This document shows positions 1 through 9,967 of a DNA stretch of 64,000 nucleotides, one piece after another. This DNA is from Chthonomonadales bacterium. GTDB taxonomy: Bacteria; Armatimonadota; Chthonomonadetes; Chthonomonadales; CAJBBX01. A program made the translations under genes and the position numbers. Numbering within the stretch: position 1 is the first letter of the stretch; every line of letters starts with the position of its first letter. Where the stretch lies: the NCBI GenBank assembly GCA_049967475.1, contig JBMFSQ010000013.1, positions 1 through 64,000 of the forward strand, given 5' to 3'. The notes under the pieces were generated by a model that did no database searches, had not been told where the DNA came from, and worked only from the letters and a program-made list of their open reading frames with translations.

Positions 1-127
1 CCACGTGCGCAAGCGCTCTCCTCACGTCCTCCTCATCCCACCCCAGCTCCCGCAACACAGCCCGCCACCGCCTCCGGGCGTCACTGATGCACCGCCGCAC
101 GGCGCAGGGCTCGCCGCATACGCACCC

Positions 128-724
128 TCATTGGGCCCTTCCCCGATTCGCCCGCTCCAAAAGCAAATGCACCGTGTGCTGCACCAACGGGTCCGGAGAA
201 TTCGCCCACTCCCGGACCTTCTGACGCCACACCGGGTCGCCCAACCGTTGAAGCGCAATGAGCGCGCAGGAACGCGGAAATTCTTCCCGGTCCTCGAGAT
301 GAGCCCGGGCAATGGCAACCATCTCACTGCTGCGCCCGGTGTACTTCATGAACCCCATTAGCCCAAGGGCCATCCCCCGTACCATAGGGCTCCGATCGTC
401 GCAATACCGAACCAAAGCCTCCCAATCCCCGCCGGCCACCGGACGCCGAAGGTCCACCAAGCCAATAATCCTATCGAGATTCTCTTCAGTCGCCGGATCC
501 GTCCCCATCTTCCTGGCCATCTTCAAGATCTCTGGAGAGTACCGATGCCATACCCGGGTGTACAGAAACCCCACAACCAACGTCACCACAAAACCTGCCA
601 AAAGCGCAATCAGCCACTTCCGCCGATCCTTACCCCACGCCCGCCAACCAACTCCTCCGCCTGCTTGCCCCTGCCGCCCCGCAGATACCCCAGCAGCCGA
701 ACCGGGCCTCTTTATGATCAGCAT
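128..724 (-). CDS. Membrane-anchored HEAT-repeat-like hypothetical protein
   Basis: One TM segment (WLIALLAGFVVTLVVGFLY) followed by HEAT-like helical repeats (DRSPMVRGMALGLM, DREEFPRSCALIAL, SPDPLVQHTV). Confidence 0.6.
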   Translation of the reverse strand: MLIIKRPGSAAGVSAGRQGQAGGGVGWRAWGKDRRKWLIALLAGFVVTLVVGFLYTRVWHRYSPEILKMARKMGTDPATEENLDRIIGLVDLRRPVAGGDWEALVRYCDDRSPMVRGMALGLMGFMKYTGRSSEMVAIARAHLEDREEFPRSCALIALQRLGDPVWRQKVREWANSPDPLVQHTVHLLLERANRGRAQ

Positions 725-879
725 GCCTTACCCTCCCGCGCATCCTGCCCAACGAACCCCACGCACAAGCCCCACACCGCTGTAAGCGCAAATGATCACT
801 CGCCCCAACATTCGCCGTGCCGCAACCGGTTCCTGCCGGCTACCCAACCCATGTTCTTTTCCACCTGAGCACAAACGCC

Positions 880-1845
880 TCATCCGGCGGGGAATGCCGA
901 CTGGAGCGCCTCCTCAATCGCGCGCAGCGTGTCCGCATGGAGGTGACGGCCCATGGCGCCGGCGTTCTCTTCAACCTGCTTCGGGTTGCGAGCCCCCACA
1001 ATGGCGCCGGTGACCGACGGATGCATTAGTGTCCACGCCACCGCGAGCTGCCCCACCGTAAGCCCTTCGCGGCGCGCGATGGGCCGCAGTGCCTCCACAA
1101 GAGCCAAAGCACGTGAAAGCTGCGGCTCCTGAAAGAAAGGAGACCGTCGGCGCCAATCGTCGGGCGCCAGGCGCGCCACGTCGAAAGTGCCGGAGAGGAG
1201 ACCGGACTGCATGGGGCTGTAAACGATGACGCCTGTGCCGTGTGCACTGCACCAGGGGAGGATTTCCCGCTCCGCCTCCCGCCGCAGAAGGCTGTACGGA
1301 GGCTGCACGGAATCCACGTGGCGGATTGCCTCGCACCGCTCCAGAAGGGGTACATCGAAATTGCTCACGCCGATCCAGCGCGTTTTGCCCTCATCCTGGA
1401 GTGCCGCCAGTGTGGCCCAGCTCTCTTCAATGGGCGTGCCTGTGTCCGTGTCCGGCCAATGGATCTGGTAGAGGTCTACGTAGTCCGTCCGCAAGCGACG
1501 CAGGCTTTGTTCCATCTCCCGCCGGATGCTCTGGGGCCGTAAATCGCCCCGGGGCGTCCCCGTGTCGTCGGCGACCCTGCCGCACTTGGTGAACAAGTAG
1601 AAGCTCTCGCGTGGAAAGGCCGCCACGGCCCGGCCTACTACTTCTTCCGAATGCCCCAGACCGTAGATGGCCGCGGTGTCCACCCAGTTGATGCCCAGCT
1701 CGATTGCCCGCCGGATAGCCGCTATGCTCGCACCGTCATCTTGAGGGCCCCAGCCTACTTTCCAGGGACCCCCGATAGCCCAGGCTCCCAAACCTACAGT
1801 CGTGATTTCAGGGCCGTTGCTGCCCAATTTGCGAAGATCTTGCAC
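880..1845 (-). CDS. Aldo/keto reductase
   Basis: GLGAWAIGG, DTAAIYG, TKCG, DYVDLYQIHWPD, IGVSNF, YSPMQSGLLSG, AIVGAR motifs. Confidence 0.95.
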   Translation of the reverse strand: MQDLRKLGSNGPEITTVGLGAWAIGGPWKVGWGPQDDGASIAAIRRAIELGINWVDTAAIYGLGHSEEVVGRAVAAFPRESFYLFTKCGRVADDTGTPRGDLRPQSIRREMEQSLRRLRTDYVDLYQIHWPDTDTGTPIEESWATLAALQDEGKTRWIGVSNFDVPLLERCEAIRHVDSVQPPYSLLRREAEREILPWCSAHGTGVIVYSPMQSGLLSGTFDVARLAPDDWRRRSPFFQEPQLSRALALVEALRPIARREGLTVGQLAVAWTLMHPSVTGAIVGARNPKQVEENAGAMGRHLHADTLRAIEEALQSAFPAG

Positions 1846-1924
1846 GGCGAACCTCCTTCATATAGCGCGTTAAGCGATGGATGGTTCGCCTGCGGGAACG
1901 GCCTTTCCTGTTGCCTGTGGGCGC

Positions 1925-2419
1925 TTACGGGTGTTCCCCAGGAGGATGTGGAGGAGGGCCGCTGGGCCCGTGGGGAGGATAGCCTCGTTTGCCCTGCCAC
2001 GATTGCCGGCGCTTCTCAAAATCTTCATGGATGAGGGCGCGAAGGCGCTCGAACTGGTCGCGGTTGAGGATGCGGCGCAGCTTCTCTTGGTTTTCTGCAA
2101 AGGCCGCCATTCGCTGGGCATACAGGGCAGCGATTTGCCGTCGGAGAGCAGCCGCCTTAACCCGATCGTAGTCGTAGGTGTCGTAGAGCTCGAAGAGCTG
2201 CCGCCGAAGGTCGCTCATCTTCTGGGCGATCTCCTTGAGCTTGCGGTCCGTCTCCATCCACAACTTCTCGATCTGATCTTGCTGCTCGCGCGTCATTCCG
2301 ATGCGGATGCGCACCCGTTCGCGCTCTTCCTCGCTAGGAGGCCGCTGCGCCTGCCCGCGAGCGGCAAGGGCGATGAGCATCACAAGAAACAGGACCCTTA
2401 TTCGGCAGGAGTTGGGCAT
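1925..2419 (-). CDS. Spy/CpxP-like periplasmic helical protein
   Basis: Signal peptide (LAARGQA), LTxxQ-like motifs (MTREQQ, LNRDQ), coiled-coil body, Pro/Gly tail; lies downstream of an ECF sigma/anti-sigma pair. Confidence 0.75.
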   Translation of the reverse strand: MPNSCRIRVLFLVMLIALAARGQAQRPPSEEERERVRIRIGMTREQQDQIEKLWMETDRKLKEIAQKMSDLRRQLFELYDTYDYDRVKAAALRRQIAALYAQRMAAFAENQEKLRRILNRDQFERLRALIHEDFEKRRQSWQGKRGYPPHGPSGPPPHPPGEHP

Positions 2420-2423
2420 GGCG

Positions 2424-2915
2424 TTACTTCCCTCCCCCCAACAACACTGCCCGTTGGAGCATGGGTATATGCTGTGAACTGTCGCCCGTAAATTCTATAT
2501 CGGGATCGGGAAGCTGCTGGATTGCTGCGGCCATTTGTACTGCCTTTGCCTCATCCGCAGAAGCCTCTGCCGCATGAGGAAGCGGCGGGCGCCCCGGTCC
2601 CGCCATCAGCCACAAGAATGCCGCCGCGCATCCTGCCGCAAGCGCTCCGCCGAATGCCCAGCGCACCGCCCAGATGCGCGAACGCGGAGCGGGGCGGACC
2701 GCGGCAATGCGCGCATGCACGCCCGCCCAAAGATTCGGTTCCTCTTGGGAGCGTCCCAGCAAACCCATGCTGTGGCGCAGGCCGCGCTCGAATTCAGCGG
2801 CACGCCTGCACTCCGCACAATGCAGGGCGTGTTCGGCCATGGCCGCAGCCGCATCCTCCGGAAGGCGCTGCGCCACCCAATCGGCAACCTGTTCATCAAA
2901 CCGTTTGCATCTCAT
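2424..2915 (-). CDS. Zinc-finger (ZAS/zf-HC2) anti-sigma factor
   Basis: N-terminal Cys plus HALHCAEC (HxxxCxxC), one TM helix; 4-bp overlap with the sigma gene. Confidence 0.88.
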   Translation of the reverse strand: MRCKRFDEQVADWVAQRLPEDAAAAMAEHALHCAECRRAAEFERGLRHSMGLLGRSQEEPNLWAGVHARIAAVRPAPRSRIWAVRWAFGGALAAGCAAAFLWLMAGPGRPPLPHAAEASADEAKAVQMAAAIQQLPDPDIEFTGDSSQHIPMLQRAVLLGGGK

Positions 2916-3487
2916 CGGTCTGCCTCAACCATCTCGGCTTCCAACCGTTTGCGGAGCCTCATCCGCGCGCGAGCCAGCCGCGTCTTGAGCACCGGATAAC
3001 TCAATCCGGTAATCTGTTGAATATCGGTATAATCCTTCTGTTCCACATAATAAAGCAGCAAAAGAGCACGATCCGAAGGGTTCAGTTCCTCCAAGCCGCG
3101 TTTGAGCGCAGCCATCTGCGCATCCGTCTCCACCCGGCTCAACGCGTCGGTTTCCGCACTTCCCACCGCCAGGCGCTGCGCCTCACCGCTGTCCATGGGT
3201 ACCTCTTTGGGCCGAACCTGCTTGCGGCTGTGGGCATCCCGGGCAATGTTCAAGGCGATGCGATAGAGCCACGTAGCTACTTTCGAGCGATGCTGGAACG
3301 AGGCTGCATTCTTCCACGCCCGAACAAAGACTTCCATTGCGGCATCCTCGGCATCCTCCGGCGAATTCATCATCCGCAGCAGGAACCTGTAAAGCGCACC
3401 CTGGTATCTGCGCACAAGCTCTTCCAAGGCGCGCTCGTCGCCCGCGGCGCACCGGCGCAGAAGATCGTCGTCGCCGAGGATCTGCAC
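2912..3487 (-). CDS. ECF RNA polymerase sigma-70 factor
   Basis: Region 2 (DAEDAAMEVFVRAW...TWLYRIALN) and region 4 (VLKTRLARARMRLR); GTG start at 3487 chosen from the GGAGAG RBS (the ORF extends to 3682). Confidence 0.92.
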   Translation of the reverse strand: MQILGDDDLLRRCAAGDERALEELVRRYQGALYRFLLRMMNSPEDAEDAAMEVFVRAWKNAASFQHRSKVATWLYRIALNIARDAHSRKQVRPKEVPMDSGEAQRLAVGSAETDALSRVETDAQMAALKRGLEELNPSDRALLLLYYVEQKDYTDIQQITGLSYPVLKTRLARARMRLRKRLEAEMVEADR

Positions 3488-3708
3488 GCGACTCTCCAAA
3501 GTTCCTGCTCCGCCTCGCGCGCTCACCGGCGCTCGCCAATACGGCACCGGCACCGATCGTTCCATTGCCACAGCGCTCCCCTGCGTCTCGGGATGCCTGC
3601 TCCGCCCGCTGGCTGCACGCGGACGCGCCATTCTGTACGGATAGACGGCTTTACGCGCACGTGGAAACAGGGTACCCTGCAAACCTCTGATCCGCCATTC
3701 GCCAAACT

Positions 3709-5142
3709 TCAGCCGCCGGCGCGTCGTGGAACCGATCCCGGTGCGGAAGATCCTTCGCCCCTCCTAAGCCAAGGCGGCAAGGGGATCGCCAGCCGGTGGA
3801 AAGCCCTCTCCAGCAGTGCCCGCGCCTCCCGCGACGCCGAACTGAGACAATAGTCAGCCTGCAGTTCCACCAGCGCCTCGCGAAAGCGCCCCTCCCGCAT
3901 CAGGAGATCGGCAAGGCGAACGCGCCGCTGCAGATCCCTGGGATACTGCTCCCGAGCGATGATGAGAGCTCCCACCTCGTTGCCGAGTGCCGCCAAACGG
4001 TAGCCTAGCGCGCGCTGGATGGCCGCCGTGCGGTGGTCGCCCAGCCGATCATATCCCTGGGCGATCACCAGGCGCGCCTGCCCGTCGTTGGGGCGCTCCC
4101 TCAGCAAAAGGGTGTAACAATAGAGCGCGGGCCGCAGCCGATCCTCTTCCAAATAGAGCTTCCCCAGCTCCTCGAGCGCCTTCTGGTCGTGCGGATCACG
4201 GTCCAGAGCCTCCAGATAGTGGCTCTCCGCCAAGGCCCAGTTGCGCCGCGGATCAAAGGCGTCATCCAGGGCCTCGGCGAGGACACGATGGCCCTCCGGT
4301 GCATCAGGGAGCATCTCAACGACCTGCATGGCAAGGCTGCGGGCTTCCGCCAGCCTGTGGTGCTTCCGATAGAGCGTCGCAAGCGAAAGGAGCACATTGG
4401 CATCCCGCGGGGCGGCGGCACGGGCAGCCTCTGCCTCGCGGAAGGCGGCGGCGAATTGGAGTTCACCATCGAAAAGCACCGAGAGGCCCAGATGACCCGG
4501 CACATTGTCGGGGGCTTAATGGCGCGCCCCTCGCTTAAGGGCAGCCCGACCATCGGCATCGCGCCCCATGGCAAGGAGAACCCTACTCTCCCCGATGTAC
4601 CCCACCGCCTCCGCAGGAGCCAATGCCTCAAGCCTGCGGTACGATGCCAGCGCATCCTCCAAAAGCCCCAGGCTCAGCTCGACCTCGCCCAACTCGTCAT
4701 ACGCTCTGAGGTCGCATCGCGGGCTGAGGCGCAAAGCGGTGAGGTACGCGTTTTTCGCCGTGATGAAGTCTCCTGCCGCCCTCGCCTGCCTCGCCAGAGC
4801 CAACCAATCCCCCGGATCCTGCGGCTGATACCGCGCGCTCGGACGGAAGGGATCAATGGCAGCCCACGCTCTGCGTACTTCCGCCTCATTCCCAGCCACA
4901 GGCTCCGGAATGGGCGGCAAAAGGGCCTGATCCGACAGGTGGCGCAGCGCCGGCCTCTGCAAAAGGCCAAGCGATTGGTGCAGCCGCACGCCCAGGAACG
5001 CCAGCGACCCGGCAAATAAAACCACAGCCAGGCCGATCTTCAGCGGCCCTGCCCGGGGCTGGGGCGCCGCCTGCACCTTGTCCTTAGCCTTGCCCCCCGA
5101 ATGGGGAGACTTCACAGATGAGGATCGCCTGGAACGAGGCAT
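3709..5142 (-). pseudogene. Membrane-anchored TPR protein interrupted by an in-frame TAA (or a sequencing error)
   Basis: ORFs 4516..5184 and 3709..4503 are in the same frame, separated by TAA(4516-4518) plus 4 codons; the TPR pattern reads through: ALKRGARH*APDNVPGHLGL. Confidence 0.75.
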
Positions 5143-5271
5143 CTCAGCAATTGGGGGCCGCGGGCACGCCAGGGTCACCGGCATACGAGGCCGCGCAAAC
5201 CGCTTCTCCGTTCGTCACGAACCCCGGCCCTTCCTGCCCGCGCGGCGTCCCGGCCCTCCTCGGCAAAGGCG

Positions 5272-8200
5272 CTATCTTCCAATCCGCACGGCAACATCCG
5301 CCCAGCGCGCCCAATCGAACAGATTGTCCCCTACCGCATCGGACACGAGTTGAACCAACACGGTCTTCCCGGCGAAGGGCGCCAGATCCACGGAACCGCT
5401 CTGCCAACCCGGCCTGTGCGTAGCCCACCGCCATTCGGCCTTGCCGTTGATGCGCACCTCCAGTGCCACGCCCGAGCTGTGGGCTCCATCCGCCAGCCCT
5501 GCCGTGAACTCCAACCGCGCAGGTTCCTGCGGAAGCTTCAACACCCAGGAAAACACCGTTTCGCCATGATCCGGCGGATGTCCGTTGAGCGTGCGATCCC
5601 TTCTCACTCCGCCGCACGACACTGCCCCGATGGAACCGCTGCCCCAAACAGTTCCAGGAGATGCCAATCCGGCAGACGCCACCGCTGTGTCGAAGGGCAA
5701 ACTCAACAAATCCTGATTCTTCAGGATTGGAGTGCCCGCATCCAAAAAGAGAACCAGGTCTGCCGGCAGAGCTACGGAATGGGCCTCCAGGGTGGAGCCC
5801 TCCTGCTCCGCATCGAACGATGCACCCGCAGCCCCCGCGAGGTGCAGGTTCGGCGGAAGTTCTATCTTCACGCCTCCTTGGACTTCATCCTTTGCGGCAA
5901 CGATGCGAGGCTCTCCCCATAGAGCATGATCGAAGGAGGGGTCGTGCTTCGGGCCGGCGTCGGTAATGAGGCGAAGCTGAAGCTCATGGCCGGCGTAGGC
6001 ACTGAGATCTACCTCTGCAGGGATCCTTCGACGCTCCGCCGTGTCGGCGCTCCAAAGCTCCCGGCCATTGGCTGTGATGCGAAAATGAACGCCGTCGGAT
6101 TTCCTTGCCGTGTCCGCCAGCCCGTAGGTGAACTGCAACGCGTACCGGCTGCCGGAAGGAAGAGAGAGCGAATATTCGATAAACGTTTGCCCATCCACAT
6201 GCGCCTGCCACGGAGGGTGCTCCAGAATGGCGGGTTCCACATCACTCCCAGACGGCATCTCCACCACTTCCGCCGTGGCGCCCGATCCCAACGGATGGTC
6301 TGTGCCGTCCCAGGTTACTCCGGGCCGCGCTTCGGGAAGCAAACGGATGAGATCCGCGACGATCTTGCGATGCGGAACAAGGCGAAAGAGCGCGAAGCGG
6401 CCCGTCACCTGCGCCCTCGCCACCACCGTACCCGTTGCGAGAGACACGATGTGGATCGTCCCCTTCGGGCGAGGGATCGGATCCAGCCAATATTCCCGCA
6501 GTGGATCCAACCCGTACAGCGTCGAGGCGTCATACGCCGGCCAGCCGGCGATGAAAGCGGGTGTCGTGACCTGGGTGGTCCCACGAACACGCTGGTACAG
6601 CACCTGGCCATTCAGCCGGAAGATTACCCCCGCACCGGCGCTCTCCAACACGGCGTGGCTGCCGTCCGAGCCGGTATAGCGGAAAAGTACTCGGCTCCAA
6701 TCACCGGACCAATCCGGCGCAAGGTTATGGTCTTGAAAGGCTCGTGCTGTACGGAGGAGGCGCTGCATCTGCACCCGATCGGAAGCCAGATCGGACGCCG
6801 AAGATACCACCAGCGTCGGGAGTACGCCTTGCTCCTCATACCGTTTGAAGTACCTCAGGAACCCCTCGGGGGAACTGTCGGGGTTGGGCTCACCCAAATA
6901 GCCGTACGAGGCTACCCGGTCACCGAAGAGAAGGGCGCAAATGGGATGCGGGGGAAGCGGGCTTGTGATCCATCTCTGAGCGAAACGGTTGTAAGGAGCC
7001 GTAATCTCGTTGAGGCTCTCGCCGCCCAACACGATGCCCGGAAATGCACTGAGCAGGGCTCGGTGCATCGCTTCTGAGCCCTGCGCGTAATTCTTCCCCT
7101 CGATGAGGCCGTTCCCATCGTTCCACATCGGCCCGGACACGTCCAGATGCAGAGCATCAGGCTTGAGCTCCTCCACAGCGGGCCGCACACTCTCCACGAA
7201 GAGGTCCCGGTAAACCTTGGCCGCCGGATTGATGAAGGCGAAGCGCTGGGGGTCCGTGTCCGGATGATCCCAGTACCAGCCGATCGGCGCCTGGGTACGC
7301 GCATCCCGAACCTGATACCGCCCTACCCTGGCAAACGCCGGATTGCCGGGAGACACACCCGGAAGATCCGTATGCAGCATCACCCGGAAACCCAGGGCGT
7401 GGGCATGAGCGATGAAAGGGACCACCTCGGGTGCCGGAGTATAGTCGGGGTAATCCACATCGTACCCTGCCCGGCGCCACACAGGCAGATAGAGCAGCGC
7501 CTTGGAGGGAATGAGGCGTGCAGCCAGAGCATCCAGCAGGGTAACATCCGGATGGGAAGATTGCACGGTAACCACCGTACGGATCTTTGCGGGCCACTCG
7601 GGTTGGGAAGCCCCGGCAGGCTGTTTGCGCAGGAAATGCATCATTTGCCGGTACCCCGAAGCCGGGACGCGCCAGTCTCCCCGATACGTATTGATGCGCC
7701 ACTCGAGCTGAGGAATGCTGCCTGCCTTGGGCCACGGGGCTTCCGCCTCGGTCTCCAGCGCCACATCGGCGTAATCCCCCCGGCGAAGAATGTGGAGCTT
7801 CTTAAAGCGATCCTCATCATCCCTGGAATAGATCACCATGCCCCCCGTGCGCGTTTGCCACAAAAGCATCTGGGCCTCCCATTCCGTGGGATACTCCAGA
7901 TGCAGCGCCGCAGGAAGGTTCGTCCTATCCGCCCACACCCCGCCCTGTGCCGGCAGAATGAGGCGGCCGGAAGTGAGGTCGAGCCCGCGCATCCCCCACC
8001 GTAAGCCCGTAACTCCTTCTTTGCGCGTCTCCCCCCACACCGTCACGGTGATATCCTGCGTCTGCTCGTCAATCACCACGTTCATCCATACGGTACGGGT
8101 AAGATCCGTAAAGGTCGTTTGAGCCGCGATTACGCGCCCATCTTCCTGTTCACGGCCGCGCCTCCACGAGGTGCACCGCAGCGCGCTGTCGCCGCCCGCC

Positions 8201-8418
8201 AGCGTGTCCATCTGCAGAATGGGTGGAATGGACCGTGCAGGGCCGCCATAGACTTCGCCCGTAAGCCGGTTGGTGACCCGCACCAGATCGCCCCCCTCGA
8301 ACACAGCGATGGCATTGGCTGTGGTCACCGTGAGGCGGTTGCCGTCGGGTTCCACCTGCCCCCAGCACCGGCTCCCAAGGAGGCAAATCACAAAAACTGA
8401 GAGTAGCCATCCCCTCAT
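5272..8418 (-). CDS. Large secreted glycoside-hydrolase-like protein (DUF6259-like barrel plus two NPCBM-like modules)
   Basis: Signal peptide; barrel-like core (HAHALGFRVMLH, PDALHLDVSG, GESLNE); two similar C-terminal modules (HPP...GLAD...VDL..AG...D...FD.A.W). Confidence 0.6.
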   Translation of the reverse strand: MRGWLLSVFVICLLGSRCWGQVEPDGNRLTVTTANAIAVFEGGDLVRVTNRLTGEVYGGPARSIPPILQMDTLAGGDSALRCTSWRRGREQEDGRVIAAQTTFTDLTRTVWMNVVIDEQTQDITVTVWGETRKEGVTGLRWGMRGLDLTSGRLILPAQGGVWADRTNLPAALHLEYPTEWEAQMLLWQTRTGGMVIYSRDDEDRFKKLHILRRGDYADVALETEAEAPWPKAGSIPQLEWRINTYRGDWRVPASGYRQMMHFLRKQPAGASQPEWPAKIRTVVTVQSSHPDVTLLDALAARLIPSKALLYLPVWRRAGYDVDYPDYTPAPEVVPFIAHAHALGFRVMLHTDLPGVSPGNPAFARVGRYQVRDARTQAPIGWYWDHPDTDPQRFAFINPAAKVYRDLFVESVRPAVEELKPDALHLDVSGPMWNDGNGLIEGKNYAQGSEAMHRALLSAFPGIVLGGESLNEITAPYNRFAQRWITSPLPPHPICALLFGDRVASYGYLGEPNPDSSPEGFLRYFKRYEEQGVLPTLVVSSASDLASDRVQMQRLLRTARAFQDHNLAPDWSGDWSRVLFRYTGSDGSHAVLESAGAGVIFRLNGQVLYQRVRGTTQVTTPAFIAGWPAYDASTLYGLDPLREYWLDPIPRPKGTIHIVSLATGTVVARAQVTGRFALFRLVPHRKIVADLIRLLPEARPGVTWDGTDHPLGSGATAEVVEMPSGSDVEPAILEHPPWQAHVDGQTFIEYSLSLPSGSRYALQFTYGLADTARKSDGVHFRITANGRELWSADTAERRRIPAEVDLSAYAGHELQLRLITDAGPKHDPSFDHALWGEPRIVAAKDEVQGGVKIELPPNLHLAGAAGASFDAEQEGSTLEAHSVALPADLVLFLDAGTPILKNQDLLSLPFDTAVASAGLASPGTVWGSGSIGAVSCGGVRRDRTLNGHPPDHGETVFSWVLKLPQEPARLEFTAGLADGAHSSGVALEVRINGKAEWRWATHRPGWQSGSVDLAPFAGKTVLVQLVSDAVGDNLFDWARWADVAVRIGR

Positions 8419-8542
8419 GGATCCAGTCCTTCACAATGGATCGGCGCATCCGGCGCTTAAGGTACCACTCCCTACCGCCCGGCGCAAGTCTTTTGGGCCG
8501 CCAAAGCTTTTCTGCTCGCGGACACTTGGTCTAGAGGTCCCC

Positions 8543-8571
8543 TTGCACGAAACCGACACTTATGGTAACAT
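8543..8571 (+). promoter_or_regulatory. Sigma70 promoter for tRNA-Ser
   Basis: TTGCAC-N17-TAACAT with a TG extended -10, 12 nt upstream of the tRNA. Confidence 0.7.
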
Positions 8572-8583
8572 GGTGCACGCTGC

Positions 8584-8674
8584 GGAGAGATGGCTGAGTG
8601 GACGAAAGCGGCCGCCTGCTAAGCGGTTGTACGGTGTTATAACCGTACCCCGGGTTCGAATCCCGGTCTCTCCG
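8584..8674 (+). tRNA. tRNA-Ser (GCT)
   Basis: Acceptor GGAGAGA/TCTCTCC, D-arm TGGCTGAGTGGACGAAAGC, anticodon loop CTGCTAA, long variable arm (GTACGGT...ACCGTAC), T-loop GTTCGAATCC; CCA not encoded. Confidence 0.96.
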
Positions 8675-8709
8675 CTCCTTTGTGTCCCTTGATCGAAAGC
8701 ACCCCGGTT

Positions 8710-9834
8710 ATGCCAATGGTGCACCCAGAGCGCTTTGCCCAACCCAAACGGAGGCGCGCATCGTGGAAGCCTCTGCTCTTGCCCGTAGCAGCGGCAGCGC
8801 TGTGGCTTTCGCGCCCAATTCCCGCGTGTGCCATGCCTCCCCAGAAATACCTGGCCTTCAAGCGGCAGCAGCATTGTGATCCCCAAGTCACTTACGCCAG
8901 GGTCCTCTCCGATCCTCGCACCTTTGCCGGCGCCGTCTTCGAATTGAAGGGCGTTGTGGAAGGCACCGTTATGCGTGAAGGCCGCGTAACCTTCCTTCTC
9001 ACAATGCCGGATCAGCAGAGCGTTTGCCTCCTCTGCCCCGCTCCCGATGTGGATCTGGTGTCCGGCGCTAATCGGCAGCCGTTGCGCGTGCTGGTGCGTG
9101 TAGGTGAGGCCGCCCCAGGCAACACACCCCCCCTCGAAGCGCTTGCCGTAGCCAATGATGCGCTGGTGTCCCTCAAAGAGCAAGAGCTCGCCGCACAGAA
9201 GGCTTCTCAATCACGTACCGCCGCAACCCCGTCGGGGAGGCGCCCCGAGCCCGCCCTCTCTTCGCGGGGAGGCTTTTTGCGCACCGCCCAGGTCCCGGAA
9301 GGCTTGTCGCCTTTGGCGGCTCGCAGCCTTACACCGGAGGCTCAGGCCATCTATCCGGCCTACAAACAGTTCATCGCCCGATGTAACAGCCGCCTCTCCC
9401 CAGAGGAGCTGGATGCCATCACCGTGAGCGTGCTCTATTTCTCACAACGCTACAAGGTAGATCCGCGGCTCGTAGTCGCCATGATCATCGCCGAATCGGA
9501 CTTCAACCCCAGGTCTACTTCGCGCAAGGGCGCAATGGGCCTGGGGCAGCTCATGCCCGAAGAGGTGCGGGCGCTGCACCTGACGAACCCCTATGACCCA
9601 ATCCAGAACGTGAAAGGTGCCGTGGACCTTCTGCGGGGCAAGCTCGACCTCTTCCGGCGTCAGCCGCTGCCGGAAGGCCAATATACCTGGGACCAGATCA
9701 TGTTGGCCCTGGCCGCCTACAACGCCGGTGCCGGGGCCGTCCGGCGCTATGGGGGCATCCCCCCCTATCGTGAAACCCAGGCCTATGTGCGGCGCATTGT
9801 GCGATTGTACCGCCAGTTGTGCGGGCTCCAGTAG
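8710..9834 (+). CDS. Lytic transglycosylase (SLT domain)
   Basis: IAESDFNP (catalytic Glu), GAMGLGQLMP, ALAAYNAG, ETQAYV; N-terminal signal/anchor. Confidence 0.92.
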   Translation: MPMVHPERFAQPKRRRASWKPLLLPVAAAALWLSRPIPACAMPPQKYLAFKRQQHCDPQVTYARVLSDPRTFAGAVFELKGVVEGTVMREGRVTFLLTMPDQQSVCLLCPAPDVDLVSGANRQPLRVLVRVGEAAPGNTPPLEALAVANDALVSLKEQELAAQKASQSRTAATPSGRRPEPALSSRGGFLRTAQVPEGLSPLAARSLTPEAQAIYPAYKQFIARCNSRLSPEELDAITVSVLYFSQRYKVDPRLVVAMIIAESDFNPRSTSRKGAMGLGQLMPEEVRALHLTNPYDPIQNVKGAVDLLRGKLDLFRRQPLPEGQYTWDQIMLALAAYNAGAGAVRRYGGIPPYRETQAYVRRIVRLYRQLCGLQ

Positions 9835-9967
9835 GTCCGCGCGCCGCCGCACCGTGGCTGATCCTTCTATGGGCGAAATAACAGAACCTTAATGCCTCGC
9901 ACACAAACGCTCAGGTATCCTTCTACCATCTCCATGGGCGGCCCGCCGCCCGGCAAGGTACGTCGCG

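Noticed and set aside
1..100. Minus-strand frame reading ...VLRELGWDEEDVRRALAHV off the window edge
   Set aside because: Too short and truncated, with no clear start or family motif
8584..8674. tRNA as an integration site for an island
   Set aside because: No integrase, no duplicated tRNA 3' end and no compositional shift seen
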